DNA of 64,000 nucleotides, taken from positions 1-64,000 of the forward strand of contig JBGTHM010000030.1 in NCBI GenBank assembly GCA_041746255.1, written 5' to 3'. Below the pieces are notes generated by a model. That model was given only the letters and a program-made list of their open reading frames with translations. It did no database searches and was not told the DNA's origin. The stretch is from Fibrobacteria bacterium (lineage in GTDB: Bacteria; Fibrobacterota; Fibrobacteria; UBA11236). Shown here in pieces: positions 30,242 through 38,560 of the stretch. A program made the translations under genes and the position numbers. Within the stretch, counting starts at the first letter, position 1; each line of letters starts with the position of its first letter.

Positions 30242-31477
30242 TTAGGATGCGTCCTCCGGTTCTTGTTTCTTGGGCGCGAACAGCGACTCCAGCTCGGAGA
30301 ACTTGCTGGAAGCCGGGGTGGCCACTGACTGGGCCGAATCGCCGGTGCCCGGAATCTTGACGCCTTCACGCGGCTTGAATAGGCTTTCCTTGTCCTCGGC
30401 CGACATGTCGGTGAATTCGGTGGAGCCGTAAATATCCAGCTCCTTGCCGATGAGCTTGGATGCCAGGCGCACGTTCTGGCCGCCGCGCCCGATAGCCTGG
30501 GAAAGATCTTCGTCGTTCACGATGACCACCACGCGGCCGTCGCCGACGTCGGTTATCTGCTTCAAGTTGGCCGGAGCCAGGGAGCGTCGGATATAGGTGG
30601 CCAAATCGTCGGTCCAGTGGATGATGTCGATGCGCTCGTTCGAAAGCTCGCGAACGATAGCCTGTACGCGGTTGCCCTTCATCCCTACGCAAGCGCCTAC
30701 GGGATCGATGCGATCGTCCTTGGAAGTTACGGCGATTTTGGCGCGGTAGCCGGGATCACGCGAGACGCCGCGTATCTGAACGACACCGTCGTGGATTTCC
30801 GGTACTTCCAACTCGAAAAGCTTGGCCAGGAACTCGGGATGCGTGCGCGAAAGCAGGATTTGCGGACCCTTGGTGTTGGTGCTCACGTTGGCGATATAAG
30901 CCCGGATGGTGTCGCCCTGCCGGTAACGTTCTTTGCGGATTTGTTCGCGCTGGGGAATAATGCCTTCGGTCTTGCCGAGGTTGATCAGAATGTTGCCTCT
31001 GTCCACCTGCTGCACGGAACCCGATACCATGGTGCCGATGCGATGCTGGTATTCCTCGAAAATCTTTTCGCGCTCGGCATCCCGTACCTTTTGCAGCAAC
31101 ATTTGCTTCGCGGTTTGAATGGCGGAGCGACCGAAATTCTCGATGGGCACTTCCATTTCCAGGTAATCGCCCGGAACGGCGTCTTCGTTGTATTCATGGG
31201 CCTCTTCGACCAACATGTACTTTTCATCGAGCTCCTGAACTTCTTCCGGAGTCAAATCGGGCGGAACGTCCGGATAATCGTCAACCACGGTCACTCGCAG
31301 GTAAACATGGATTTCGCCGCTTTCCTTGTCGATTTCGGCCTCGATGTTTTTCTGAATCTCAAGGTATTTCTTGGCGGCGTTGACCAGGCTTTGTTCCAGC
31401 GTGGAAATGACGACATCGGTGCCCAGATTCTTGGTCTTGGCGATGAGGTTCAGGTTTTCAAAAATGTCACTCGTCAT
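30242..31477 (-). CDS. nusA: Transcription termination/antitermination factor NusA
   Basis: FGRSAIQTAKQ, ILLSRT, LFELEVPEI, DPVGACVGMKGNRV and AIGRGGQNVRLA motifs. Confidence 0.99.
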   Translation of the reverse strand: MTSDIFENLNLIAKTKNLGTDVVISTLEQSLVNAAKKYLEIQKNIEAEIDKESGEIHVYLRVTVVDDYPDVPPDLTPEEVQELDEKYMLVEEAHEYNEDAVPGDYLEMEVPIENFGRSAIQTAKQMLLQKVRDAEREKIFEEYQHRIGTMVSGSVQQVDRGNILINLGKTEGIIPQREQIRKERYRQGDTIRAYIANVSTNTKGPQILLSRTHPEFLAKLFELEVPEIHDGVVQIRGVSRDPGYRAKIAVTSKDDRIDPVGACVGMKGNRVQAIVRELSNERIDIIHWTDDLATYIRRSLAPANLKQITDVGDGRVVVIVNDEDLSQAIGRGGQNVRLASKLIGKELDIYGSTEFTDMSAEDKESLFKPREGVKIPGTGDSAQSVATPASSKFSELESLFAPKKQEPEDAS

Positions 31478-31485
31478 TAGGACTC

Positions 31486-31944
31486 CTATCCGATACGAAC
31501 GTCGACTTTGGCTTGGGCAATAAGGTTCATGGCTATGGAAATTTTCTTCCCATCCTCAGAAAGCGAAATGGATTTTTCATCGGCCTCATCGAGCAACCCC
31601 ACATGGAGACTTTTACCTTCGACGGGCTCCCGCGTTGCCACGCGAACCGGCCGACCCAGGTTCCGGCTGTAATCACGAAGGGTTTTGAAAGGACGGTCGA
31701 GTCCCGGTGAAGAGACTTCCAACATGTAAGGGTCGTCCGCTAAAAAACCTTCAGCATCCAACAGCGCGCTTAGCTCCCGGCTGACCTGCGCGCAATCGTC
31801 GACACTGACGCCTTCGCGCTTGCCGATATAAATGCGTGCGACCCGCCGCCTGCCCGCCCGGAAAATTTCCACATCGACCAGCTCAAGGCCTTTCGATTCG
31901 GCGATTCCTTCAGCGTATCGGGACAAGGTTTCCAGAACGTCCAA
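31486..31944 (-). CDS. rimP: Ribosome maturation factor RimP
   Basis: GVSVDDCAQVSR and YMLEVSSPGLDRP motifs; TTG start with SD GAGGAG; precedes nusA. Confidence 0.97.
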   Translation of the reverse strand: MDVLETLSRYAEGIAESKGLELVDVEIFRAGRRRVARIYIGKREGVSVDDCAQVSRELSALLDAEGFLADDPYMLEVSSPGLDRPFKTLRDYSRNLGRPVRVATREPVEGKSLHVGLLDEADEKSISLSEDGKKISIAMNLIAQAKVDVRIG

Positions 31945-32231
31945 GCACCAATCTCCTCAGGCCGGAAAAAATAATAGCACGAAGCATCCCCCCTCGCGGC
32001 CGCTTTTCGAGTTCTCTCCGACCTGGAAAAGAAACCCCAAAAACATCCGCAGCCAAGGTACCCACTCAATAAATGACTGATGCAGGGGAGTACGAAGGTA
32101 GGGCTACACTCGTAGACGCGCATTAATTTAGTAAATTATGCGATACCGACAAGCCGGGAGCAGTCCAGGCAATGGCGGGCTTCCCTTTTTCGACTTGAAA
32201 ATGCCATGGAAGCAACGATGAAGGAGAGAGT

Positions 32232-32444
32232 GTGACGGTCCTGCTTATTATTGTCATCGGTTTAGGCGGGCTTTGGCTCAGTATCCGGCAATTCCGGCGG
32301 AATTTATTGGAGATAAAGGCCCAGCCCAAGGCCACTATTACTTGGGAGGACCGTTTTTTGAACTACCCTCTTACCGTGATTTGGTTCGGTTACCTAATCG
32401 TTTTCTTTGCCGGACTTATTATCAATAACCTGATTATCCGCTGA
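32232..32444 (+). CDS. Small two-TM membrane protein, hypothetical
   Basis: GTG start with SD AAGGAG and two hydrophobic segments; 3' end overlaps the convergent mazG gene by 51 nt. Confidence 0.65.
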   Translation: MTVLLIIVIGLGGLWLSIRQFRRNLLEIKAQPKATITWEDRFLNYPLTVIWFGYLIVFFAGLIINNLIIR

Positions 32445-33248
32445 AAAACCCCGCTCACGCTGTTTTGCCTCCTCCCAAAGCCGATCTAATATTTCCAGGG
32501 AGGGCTTTTCGGCCGCATCAGGGTGTTTTTCCAGCAAAAGATGTTCTAAAATGCGGAAACGGGTGGAAAATTTCTGATTGGTGCGGGTTAAGGCTCTTTC
32601 GGGATCCACATCCAGTTTTCGCGCCAAATTAATCACCGAGAACAATAAATCGCCCATTTCGGCCAGGATTCCCTCGGCATTACCTTCCAAAATCTCCCTT
32701 TCCAGCTCCCCTAGCTCCTCGCGGATTTTTTCCAACGGGCCCTGCTCATTGGGCCAATCAAATCCCAGCCGGGCCACTCTTTTCTGGATTTTTGCAGCCT
32801 TGTTGAGAGGGGGGAGTTGGCTGGGCAGATTATCCAGCAGGCTGGGCCTCCCCGCCTCGGAATTTGCCACCCCGGCTTTTTCGACCTTTTTCAATTCCTC
32901 CCATTGATTTTCCACGGCTTTGGATCCGGCCAAAAGCACGTCTCCGAATACATGGGGGTGGCGGCGCACCAACTTGTCGCATAATTCTTGTACGACATCG
33001 TCGATATTGAAGTGGGAGGCTTCGCGGGCCATTTGGGCATGGAATACGACCTGTAGGAGCAAGTCGCCCAATTCTTCCCGCATATTCGGAACATCTTCGT
33101 TTTCCACCGCCTCAATGAATTCATACGTCTCTTCGACCAGGCAGGTGAGAATGCTGGCATGACTTTGCTCCCTGTCCCAGGGGCAGCCATCGGGGGAGCG
33201 CAAGCGCGCCATAATTTCAAGCAGGTCTGAAAAAGCGTATTTCGGCAT
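32394..33248 (-). CDS. mazG: Nucleoside triphosphate pyrophosphohydrolase MazG
   Basis: LRSPDGCPWDREQ, EELGDLLLQVVFHA, KLVRRHPHVF, GFDW and EMGDLLF motifs; start placed at MPKY (33248). Confidence 0.97.
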   Translation of the reverse strand: MPKYAFSDLLEIMARLRSPDGCPWDREQSHASILTCLVEETYEFIEAVENEDVPNMREELGDLLLQVVFHAQMAREASHFNIDDVVQELCDKLVRRHPHVFGDVLLAGSKAVENQWEELKKVEKAGVANSEAGRPSLLDNLPSQLPPLNKAAKIQKRVARLGFDWPNEQGPLEKIREELGELEREILEGNAEGILAEMGDLLFSVINLARKLDVDPERALTRTNQKFSTRFRILEHLLLEKHPDAAEKPSLEILDRLWEEAKQRERGFSADNQVIDNKSGKEND

Positions 33249-33332
33249 AGGCGGCAAGGTAGCAAATGGGGCGGAGGACCACCCCCGGGGTAGCATGGCC
33301 CCATTAGAGAAGCCTGGGCAAAATCAAACACC

Positions 33333-33362
33333 TTGCCTAACTGAACAAAAGTGCATTACTTT
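33333..33362 (+). promoter_or_regulatory. Putative sigma70 promoter of dprA with a LexA-like operator in the spacer
   Basis: TTGCCT-N18-TACTTT; the spacer contains TGAAC-AAAA-GTGCA (33342-33355). Confidence 0.5.
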
Positions 33363-33390
33363 TGACTTAAACAGAACGTGGGGGACGGTC

Positions 33391-34728
33391 ATGGCAGCTT
33401 CGCCTTCGGTAATATATCCAGCTATAAACAAGGGCGCCGAACGCACCGATTTAACCAGCCTGGGAGTTTGCGAATGCCCTTCGGGGGCTGATTTCTCGGA
33501 TGCTTTCTTCGGCCCCCGGAGCGAAAAAGAATTATTGGATTGGCTCGGGCTTTACCTGGTACCCGGCATGGGCGCTTATTCCTTTAATGCCTTGCTGGAA
33601 GCCTTTTCTTCGCCGGAAGCCGTCTTTGCCGCCGACGAGGCCCAGCGTAGGGAAAGGCTGCCCTTCCTCCGGGATTCCCTGAGTCGCGCCCTCTCCTTGG
33701 GTCCCTCCCGTGATGCGGCCGAACGCCAACTGGAGAAGTGCCTAAAGTCGGGCGTCCGGGTTTTGCATGAGTCCTTTGCAGGTTACCCCGTCGCATTGCG
33801 GTCGCTTAACGTGCCTCCTCCCTTCCTGTTCGTCAAAGGAGGGCTTATGGATTCCGATATTCGCGCGGCGGCGGTGGTAGGCACCCGCAATCCCTCGTTA
33901 CAGGGGAGCCAGGCCGCCAACGAAATGGCGGAAGAACTGGCCTTGTATGGTTTCACCATCGTTTCGGGCCTCGCCCTGGGCATCGATACTTTAGCCCATG
34001 AGGCGGCTTTGAAAAAGGAGAAAAGAACCATCGCAGTCGCGGGAGTGGGTTTCGATCAAATTTATCCTCCCGAAAATGCCAACCTTTTCCATCGCATCGT
34101 GGAGCAGGGCGCCGTGATTTCAGAATATCCCTTTGGCAGCCAAGTCAGGCGCAGCCATTTCCCCCGGCGCAATCGTATCATCAGCGGGTTGAGCCGCGCC
34201 GTATTGGTAGTCGAGGCCGGCGCCGACAGCGGCGCCCTCATCACCGCCGACTTCGCCCGCAAGCAAGGGCGACCGGTATTCGCCCTGCCGGGAGCCTATT
34301 ACTCCAAGGAAGCCCAGGGTACCAATGATTTGGTAAGACGGGGAGCCGGAGTGATTTGCAGCGTCGACGACTTGCTGGCTTATTTCGAAAAACTCCATCG
34401 AGCCCCGGCTCCACTGAATCCTGAGCAAGGTAAAGAGTTATTTCTGGGAAAAGGGTATTTGCAGCTGAGACCGCGGCGCAAACGAATGGCCAGGGAGGTG
34501 AGTGGAATATCCGTTTTTCCCAACCCTGAGCTGAGCCCGACTGAAAAGACGATAGCCGCGCTTCTGGAAAAAGGACCCCTTTCTTTCGATAAACTTTTGG
34601 AAGAGACGAAAATACGGTCCGATTCCACAAGCACCGCTGCGGCCGCCACCTTGCCGACCTTGTTGCTGCGACTGGAAATTAAAAGAGTGATAAAAAAGGA
34701 ACCGGGAGCGCGTTACGCTCTGGCGTGA
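33391..34728 (+). CDS. dprA: DNA-processing protein DprA (Smf)
   Basis: AVVGTR, IVSGLALGID..AH, IYPPEN, SEYP, FPRRNRIISGLS, VVEA...SGALITA and GTNDL motifs. Start at 33391 preferred (GGGGA SD-like). Confidence 0.95.
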   Translation: MAASPSVIYPAINKGAERTDLTSLGVCECPSGADFSDAFFGPRSEKELLDWLGLYLVPGMGAYSFNALLEAFSSPEAVFAADEAQRRERLPFLRDSLSRALSLGPSRDAAERQLEKCLKSGVRVLHESFAGYPVALRSLNVPPPFLFVKGGLMDSDIRAAAVVGTRNPSLQGSQAANEMAEELALYGFTIVSGLALGIDTLAHEAALKKEKRTIAVAGVGFDQIYPPENANLFHRIVEQGAVISEYPFGSQVRRSHFPRRNRIISGLSRAVLVVEAGADSGALITADFARKQGRPVFALPGAYYSKEAQGTNDLVRRGAGVICSVDDLLAYFEKLHRAPAPLNPEQGKELFLGKGYLQLRPRRKRMAREVSGISVFPNPELSPTEKTIAALLEKGPLSFDKLLEETKIRSDSTSTAAAATLPTLLLRLEIKRVIKKEPGARYALA

Positions 34729-34789
34729 AAGCGCCCAAACATATTACTATTAAGGGAGGATCTTCCCAGACGCCAACCGCTGGTACTCC

Positions 34790-35170
34790 ATGGCAAAAAT
34801 CGTAAACAAGCGCCCATTGAACTCTACGTCGAAACCGGCACCCGCTTCTCCGGCTAAAAAAAATATCAAGTGGATTCGATACGCCCTTATCCTTTTGTTA
34901 GGGGTTTTGCTTCTGGGTGAATGGAACGGAACCAGCGGCTTGCGGAATATGCTCCGCTTGCGTATGGTCACGAACGATCAACGGGAGCAGATGGCGGAGT
35001 TGGCCGAAAAGCAGAAGGCGTTGGCCTTGGAGAAGGCCAAACTGGAATCGGACAGCGCTTATTTGGAAAATGTCGCGCGTAAGGAATTGGGAATGGCGCG
35101 TCCTGACGAGAAGGTTTTCCGTTACGTCCCCTCCGCGAAACCCGGTCCAGTCAAAAACCGCCGGGAGTAA
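34790..35170 (+). CDS. ftsB: Septum formation initiator FtsB/DivIC family
   Basis: Basic N-terminus, one TM helix, coiled coil and YLENVARKELGMARPDEKVF motif. Confidence 0.88.
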   Translation: MAKIVNKRPLNSTSKPAPASPAKKNIKWIRYALILLLGVLLLGEWNGTSGLRNMLRLRMVTNDQREQMAELAEKQKALALEKAKLESDSAYLENVARKELGMARPDEKVFRYVPSAKPGPVKNRRE

Positions 35171-35185
35171 CGCGGAAGGTCTCTC

Positions 35186-35764
35186 TCAATTCTTAACGAC
35201 CTCGGGCCCTTTTAAGTGGGTTTTCTGTTTATCCTTACAGGCCACGATATAGCCGGCGGTGATGCCGTCCATATAGAAGCGCGAAAAGGTCATCACTCCA
35301 TGCAGGGTTTTTCCGTAGCGGGTTTCCTGTGTCGCCTCCACTTGCAGACATTTGTCCTGCCAGGGGGAACGGATGAGGTTTTCGAGCGAGGAATCGCTGC
35401 TGAGAAGCTTGGAAGCCAATTTGGATAGCGATTTACCCAACATATCCACCTGGGTATAGCCATAGAGATTACGGGCACCGTCACTCCAGGCGATGACCTT
35501 CAGTTCGGCATCGGTTACCATGACTGCGGGACCGAGGTTATTCCGATAGGCGGCCGCTGCACGTAAAGCGCGGGTATAAATTTCCTCATCCAAGGCTTCG
35601 GGCGAAATCCCGATTTCCTCCACATAGCGCATGACACTTTCTTCGGTCAAACGCCGGGGGCCTCTTCCGATTCTTTCAAAGGGCATACGCCCCTGGTCCA
35701 GCCAGTTGATCACGGTTTGGGCTGAGACGTGGAATAATTTTGCAACTTCCCCAGTCGTTAACAT
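35186..35764 (-). CDS. Excisionase/MerR-like HTH (HTH_17) fused to a PAS domain
   Basis: MLTTGEVAKLFHVSAQTVINW...GRGPRR HTH; AVMVTD...IAWSDGARNLYGY...MLGK PAS fold; SD AGGAG. Confidence 0.85.
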   Translation of the reverse strand: MLTTGEVAKLFHVSAQTVINWLDQGRMPFERIGRGPRRLTEESVMRYVEEIGISPEALDEEIYTRALRAAAAYRNNLGPAVMVTDAELKVIAWSDGARNLYGYTQVDMLGKSLSKLASKLLSSDSSLENLIRSPWQDKCLQVEATQETRYGKTLHGVMTFSRFYMDGITAGYIVACKDKQKTHLKGPEVVKN

Positions 35765-36085
35765 TTTGCGGCTCCTAGACTTCTATTGCTTCCGGATGGC
35801 CCGGGTGCGGGTGTTTTCCTGCTCCATATTATCAACTAGGTCTGGAGATTTTTCAACGAGTTTCTTTTTTAGGGAAATCCAGGCAACCAACGTTTCGATC
35901 ACGCTAAAGGAAATCCGTTCCCGAAAACCGGTACCGCCTGGGGAGCGTCCCTGCTCGTAAAAAAAATAATAACTAAAGATTCGGAATAACATCAAATTTC
36001 ACTAGTTCCCTAGAAAATCGCCGCTACCGGAAGTTTTTCCGGATGTTATAATCACAGTGTTCTGTAAAAGGGAGAGGATTTCCGT

Positions 36086-37072
36086 ATCGACACGCAGATA
36101 ACCCGTCCCGTTTCGGTTTTCTTCCTGGGTCACGATTCCGCTTTGGAAGAACGGTTACGTGAGTATTACCGGTTTTGTCCGTGGGCGGAGGAATATGGGG
36201 TCGAGCCCCGTTTTGAAGTCTACCAGAGGGGAGACGAAGCCGCGGATTCGCTACCGGATATTCGGGGTCTGATTTATTTGGAAACCGGGGCAAATCCGGA
36301 GGAAGTCCGCTTGCTTATCGAGAGCATCCGGAAACGGAATCCCAAGCTGCAAATCGTCCTGATGGTGGACTCCTCCTTCGATTATTTCGCCCTCGCCCGT
36401 TCCTACCGGATTGGTAACCTCGTGCGTAAGGACGCTTTCGATGGAGATCTTCTTCGAGCTCTGTCAATCCGGCTGCTTACAGGGAATATTTTCGGTTTCG
36501 GCCCCTATTTTCCCCATGGGTTCGTGATCGGGCCACTCTACCGCACCTATAGGGGAAAAGTCGTTTTGGAGGAGGTTTTACAGGAAACTTTCCAGTTCTT
36601 TCAGCCCTATGTCAATCCGGACGAGAAGGGCACTTTCAAGATGTTTCTACATGAGCTCTTGACCAACACTTTTGCCTATGCTCTGGAAGGGATTACCCCT
36701 GAAGATCGGGACACTAAGCTGTTGCCGCCTTCCCCCGTCTTGGAGGTGCCCGATCGCCGCGCTATCAAGGTCAGTCTGGCGGTGGATGAGGAAAAAATCG
36801 GGTTTTCCATTCAAGATTCCACCGGAAATTTAAGTATGCTGCGCGTTCTGGATAAATTGCGCCGGCAATCTTGCATAGGCGACGAAAAGCTGCCACCGGG
36901 GGTTTGGGACGAAAGTGGCCGTGGCATGTCACTGGTCTACCGATATAGCCGTTTTATCGTCAATATCCTGAGGGGAGTGAGGACTGAAACCATTTTCCTG
37001 CAATATCGCAAACAGGAACTGAACCGTTTTGAAAGCGTCATTATCACCGAAGTGACACCAGAATACTTGTAA
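36086..37072 (+). CDS. Pseudo-receiver plus HATPase-like (anti-sigma/RsbW-like) protein
   Basis: HELLTN N-box, IQDSTG and DESGRGMSLV G-box. First canonical start is TTG 36143, but the frame is open from 36068 and an SD points to ATC 36086. Confidence 0.7.
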   Translation: MDTQITRPVSVFFLGHDSALEERLREYYRFCPWAEEYGVEPRFEVYQRGDEAADSLPDIRGLIYLETGANPEEVRLLIESIRKRNPKLQIVLMVDSSFDYFALARSYRIGNLVRKDAFDGDLLRALSIRLLTGNIFGFGPYFPHGFVIGPLYRTYRGKVVLEEVLQETFQFFQPYVNPDEKGTFKMFLHELLTNTFAYALEGITPEDRDTKLLPPSPVLEVPDRRAIKVSLAVDEEKIGFSIQDSTGNLSMLRVLDKLRRQSCIGDEKLPPGVWDESGRGMSLVYRYSRFIVNILRGVRTETIFLQYRKQELNRFESVIITEVTPEYL

Positions 37073-37153
37073 ATCGCCTTATCCAAGGTTCCCACGACCT
37101 TGAAAACAGGGCGTTCCCTGACTTTTCCACCATGAATTATTGCTGTTGTTAAC

Positions 37154-37188
37154 GCGCTATCAACATTTGTTGATAAGTGTCTTTTTTT
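37154..37188 (+). terminator. Terminator-like hairpin or palindromic operator upstream of the OMP gene
   Basis: TATCAACA-TT-TGTTGATA (37158-37175) extended by G-U pairs and followed by a T7 tract. Confidence 0.55.
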
Positions 37189-37309
37189 GGCAGGAGAAAA
37201 AATACAATTGAAATAAATAGTTAGATTTTCGAGCCTTTCGAACTCTTTGGCAATTCATTCGGAATCGCTGAGAGAGGTTCGCTGGTTGAATTAACAAAGG
37301 AGAGCATGG

Positions 37310-38518
37310 GTGATTAAATCCATAATGATGTACGCGCAGAAACCCTTGGCGGGCGCCATGGGAATGTTGCTAATCTCGGTTTTGACGGTTCAAGCGCAAA
37401 CCGATTTTCTAACTCCGGGTTTCGGGCAGGCCTCGCCTTCGCTGAATGCAGGTCCGCAAGCGCCCCGTACGGAGCTGTACGAAGGCGTGGTCAAAAGTAA
37501 TGTGGCGGCCGACAATACGGTTACCGATTACACTCGACTCCCTCACCTCCTTGGGGGCAGGCAATACATCGCCGGTTTTGGCGACCTCGATCTGGTGAAC
37601 GCCGCCTTCGCCTTTGGTGATTCCCACATGAATTGGTTCGGTTTGGCGCGCAGCAGCGCGGATGAGGATGAATTGCGCGCCGGTGTCGCCTTCGGAGACG
37701 CCTTCGGGGCCGGTCTCATTTTGGCGTTAAACCGGGAGCATATCGAAGGGGGCGCTCCGGCTACCATAACCCATGAAGGGCAGGGTTTCGGATTGTTCGG
37801 CAGCTTCAACTTGGGTGGAAGTTCGGTTTACGGTGAAGCGGCTCTTTACACGGGGTTCGCTAATCTGTCCGACAACGTGCATAATTCCATCAATCCCGAA
37901 ACCGGTGACCCTACCAACTTCTCGAAATTTCATTTTGTGGCTGGATGGAATATGCAGGCTCAAGCGCAAGGGGACCATGCCATGAACGCCGAGCTTTCCT
38001 TCGGTTTGAGCAGCGGTGAAGTTCCGGGACCTCCCGCTTTTGAACCAAGCCGGACCGACATCGCACTCTGGTTTCAGCACGGCTATCTCATGCTCCAACG
38101 GGACGGATTTTCCGTTTTCGCAGGAAGCAATAATGGATTCGTTTACGCCGCTGCCGAACAATTGACCGCCGGCGGCCCCGATCTGAGCGGCATGGCGTTC
38201 GCTATATCCCCCAACATGGCTTTCCAGAAAACCCTGCCCAAGGGATTTGAAGTCCAAGCCGGCATTTCCGCTACCCTGGCGTATCTCTCGGGTTTGGCGG
38301 GCACAAACCTAGACCAAGACGAGACCCTCCTCATTACGGGCGATACCCCCTTTCAACGGGCCACCGGCGCCGACATGTCGGTGGGCTTGCGTTGGCAACA
38401 TGAGAATTTCGCCTTCGAAGGAAGCGTGCAGGAAACCCTGCTTTCCAACGGCCCCCAATTCATCGGCGGTGGCGCTCCCGGTCTCTTCGGTCAAATCGGA
38501 ATGACGGTCGGTTTTTGA
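37310..38518 (+). CDS. Putative outer-membrane beta-barrel protein
   Basis: Signal peptide (VQA-Q), alternating Gly/aromatic beta-strands and C-terminal IGMTVGF BAM-type signal; strong SD AAGGAG. Confidence 0.75.
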   Translation: MIKSIMMYAQKPLAGAMGMLLISVLTVQAQTDFLTPGFGQASPSLNAGPQAPRTELYEGVVKSNVAADNTVTDYTRLPHLLGGRQYIAGFGDLDLVNAAFAFGDSHMNWFGLARSSADEDELRAGVAFGDAFGAGLILALNREHIEGGAPATITHEGQGFGLFGSFNLGGSSVYGEAALYTGFANLSDNVHNSINPETGDPTNFSKFHFVAGWNMQAQAQGDHAMNAELSFGLSSGEVPGPPAFEPSRTDIALWFQHGYLMLQRDGFSVFAGSNNGFVYAAAEQLTAGGPDLSGMAFAISPNMAFQKTLPKGFEVQAGISATLAYLSGLAGTNLDQDETLLITGDTPFQRATGADMSVGLRWQHENFAFEGSVQETLLSNGPQFIGGGAPGLFGQIGMTVGF

Positions 38519-38523
38519 TATCT

Positions 38524-38557
38524 TGAGGCGGTCGTATCCAGGGCCGCCTCACCTTTT
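38524..38557 (+). terminator. Terminator-like hairpin after the OMP gene
   Basis: TGAGGCGGTC/GGCCGCCTCA stem followed by CCTTTT. Confidence 0.6.
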
Positions 38558-38560
38558 CCC

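Noticed and set aside
30208..30369. N-terminal extension of IF-2 in the ORF track
   Set aside because: It overlaps the nusA 3' end in another frame, and a good SD precedes ATG 30207.
27508..31480. Long plus-strand ORFs (351, 221 and 287 aa) antisense to infB/nusA; likewise 58108-58944 and 42490-43164
   Set aside because: These are shadow ORFs from codon bias of GC-rich genes on the opposite strand, with no recognisable motifs.
32020..32062. SRP (4.5S) or 6S RNA look-alike: GCAGCCAAGG and GGTACCCAC on plus, CCAGGTCGGA on minus
   Set aside because: The SRP domain IV motif (CAGG-stem-GNRA-stem-AGCAG) cannot be assembled on one strand. The rod is too short for 6S and lacks its central bubble. 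Kept only as an unnamed leader hairpin.
32178..32200. GGCAATGG resembling the start of a fluoride riboswitch
   Set aside because: The complementary strand and the downstream GCUGAUG-like motif are missing.
35700..35764. Excisionase-like HTH as a prophage or ICE marker
   Set aside because: It is fused to PAS, and the window has no integrase, tRNA, att repeats or phage genes.
37084..37102. Small hairpin CAAGGT-tcccacg-ACCTTG as a third copy of the C-rich-loop element
   Set aside because: Only 6 bp, the arms are in reversed order, and there is no CACCGYGAC second hairpin.
37168..37176. DnaA-box-like TTATCAACA (minus strand)
   Set aside because: One mismatch to consensus, part of a terminator-like palindrome, and no box cluster or oriC context.
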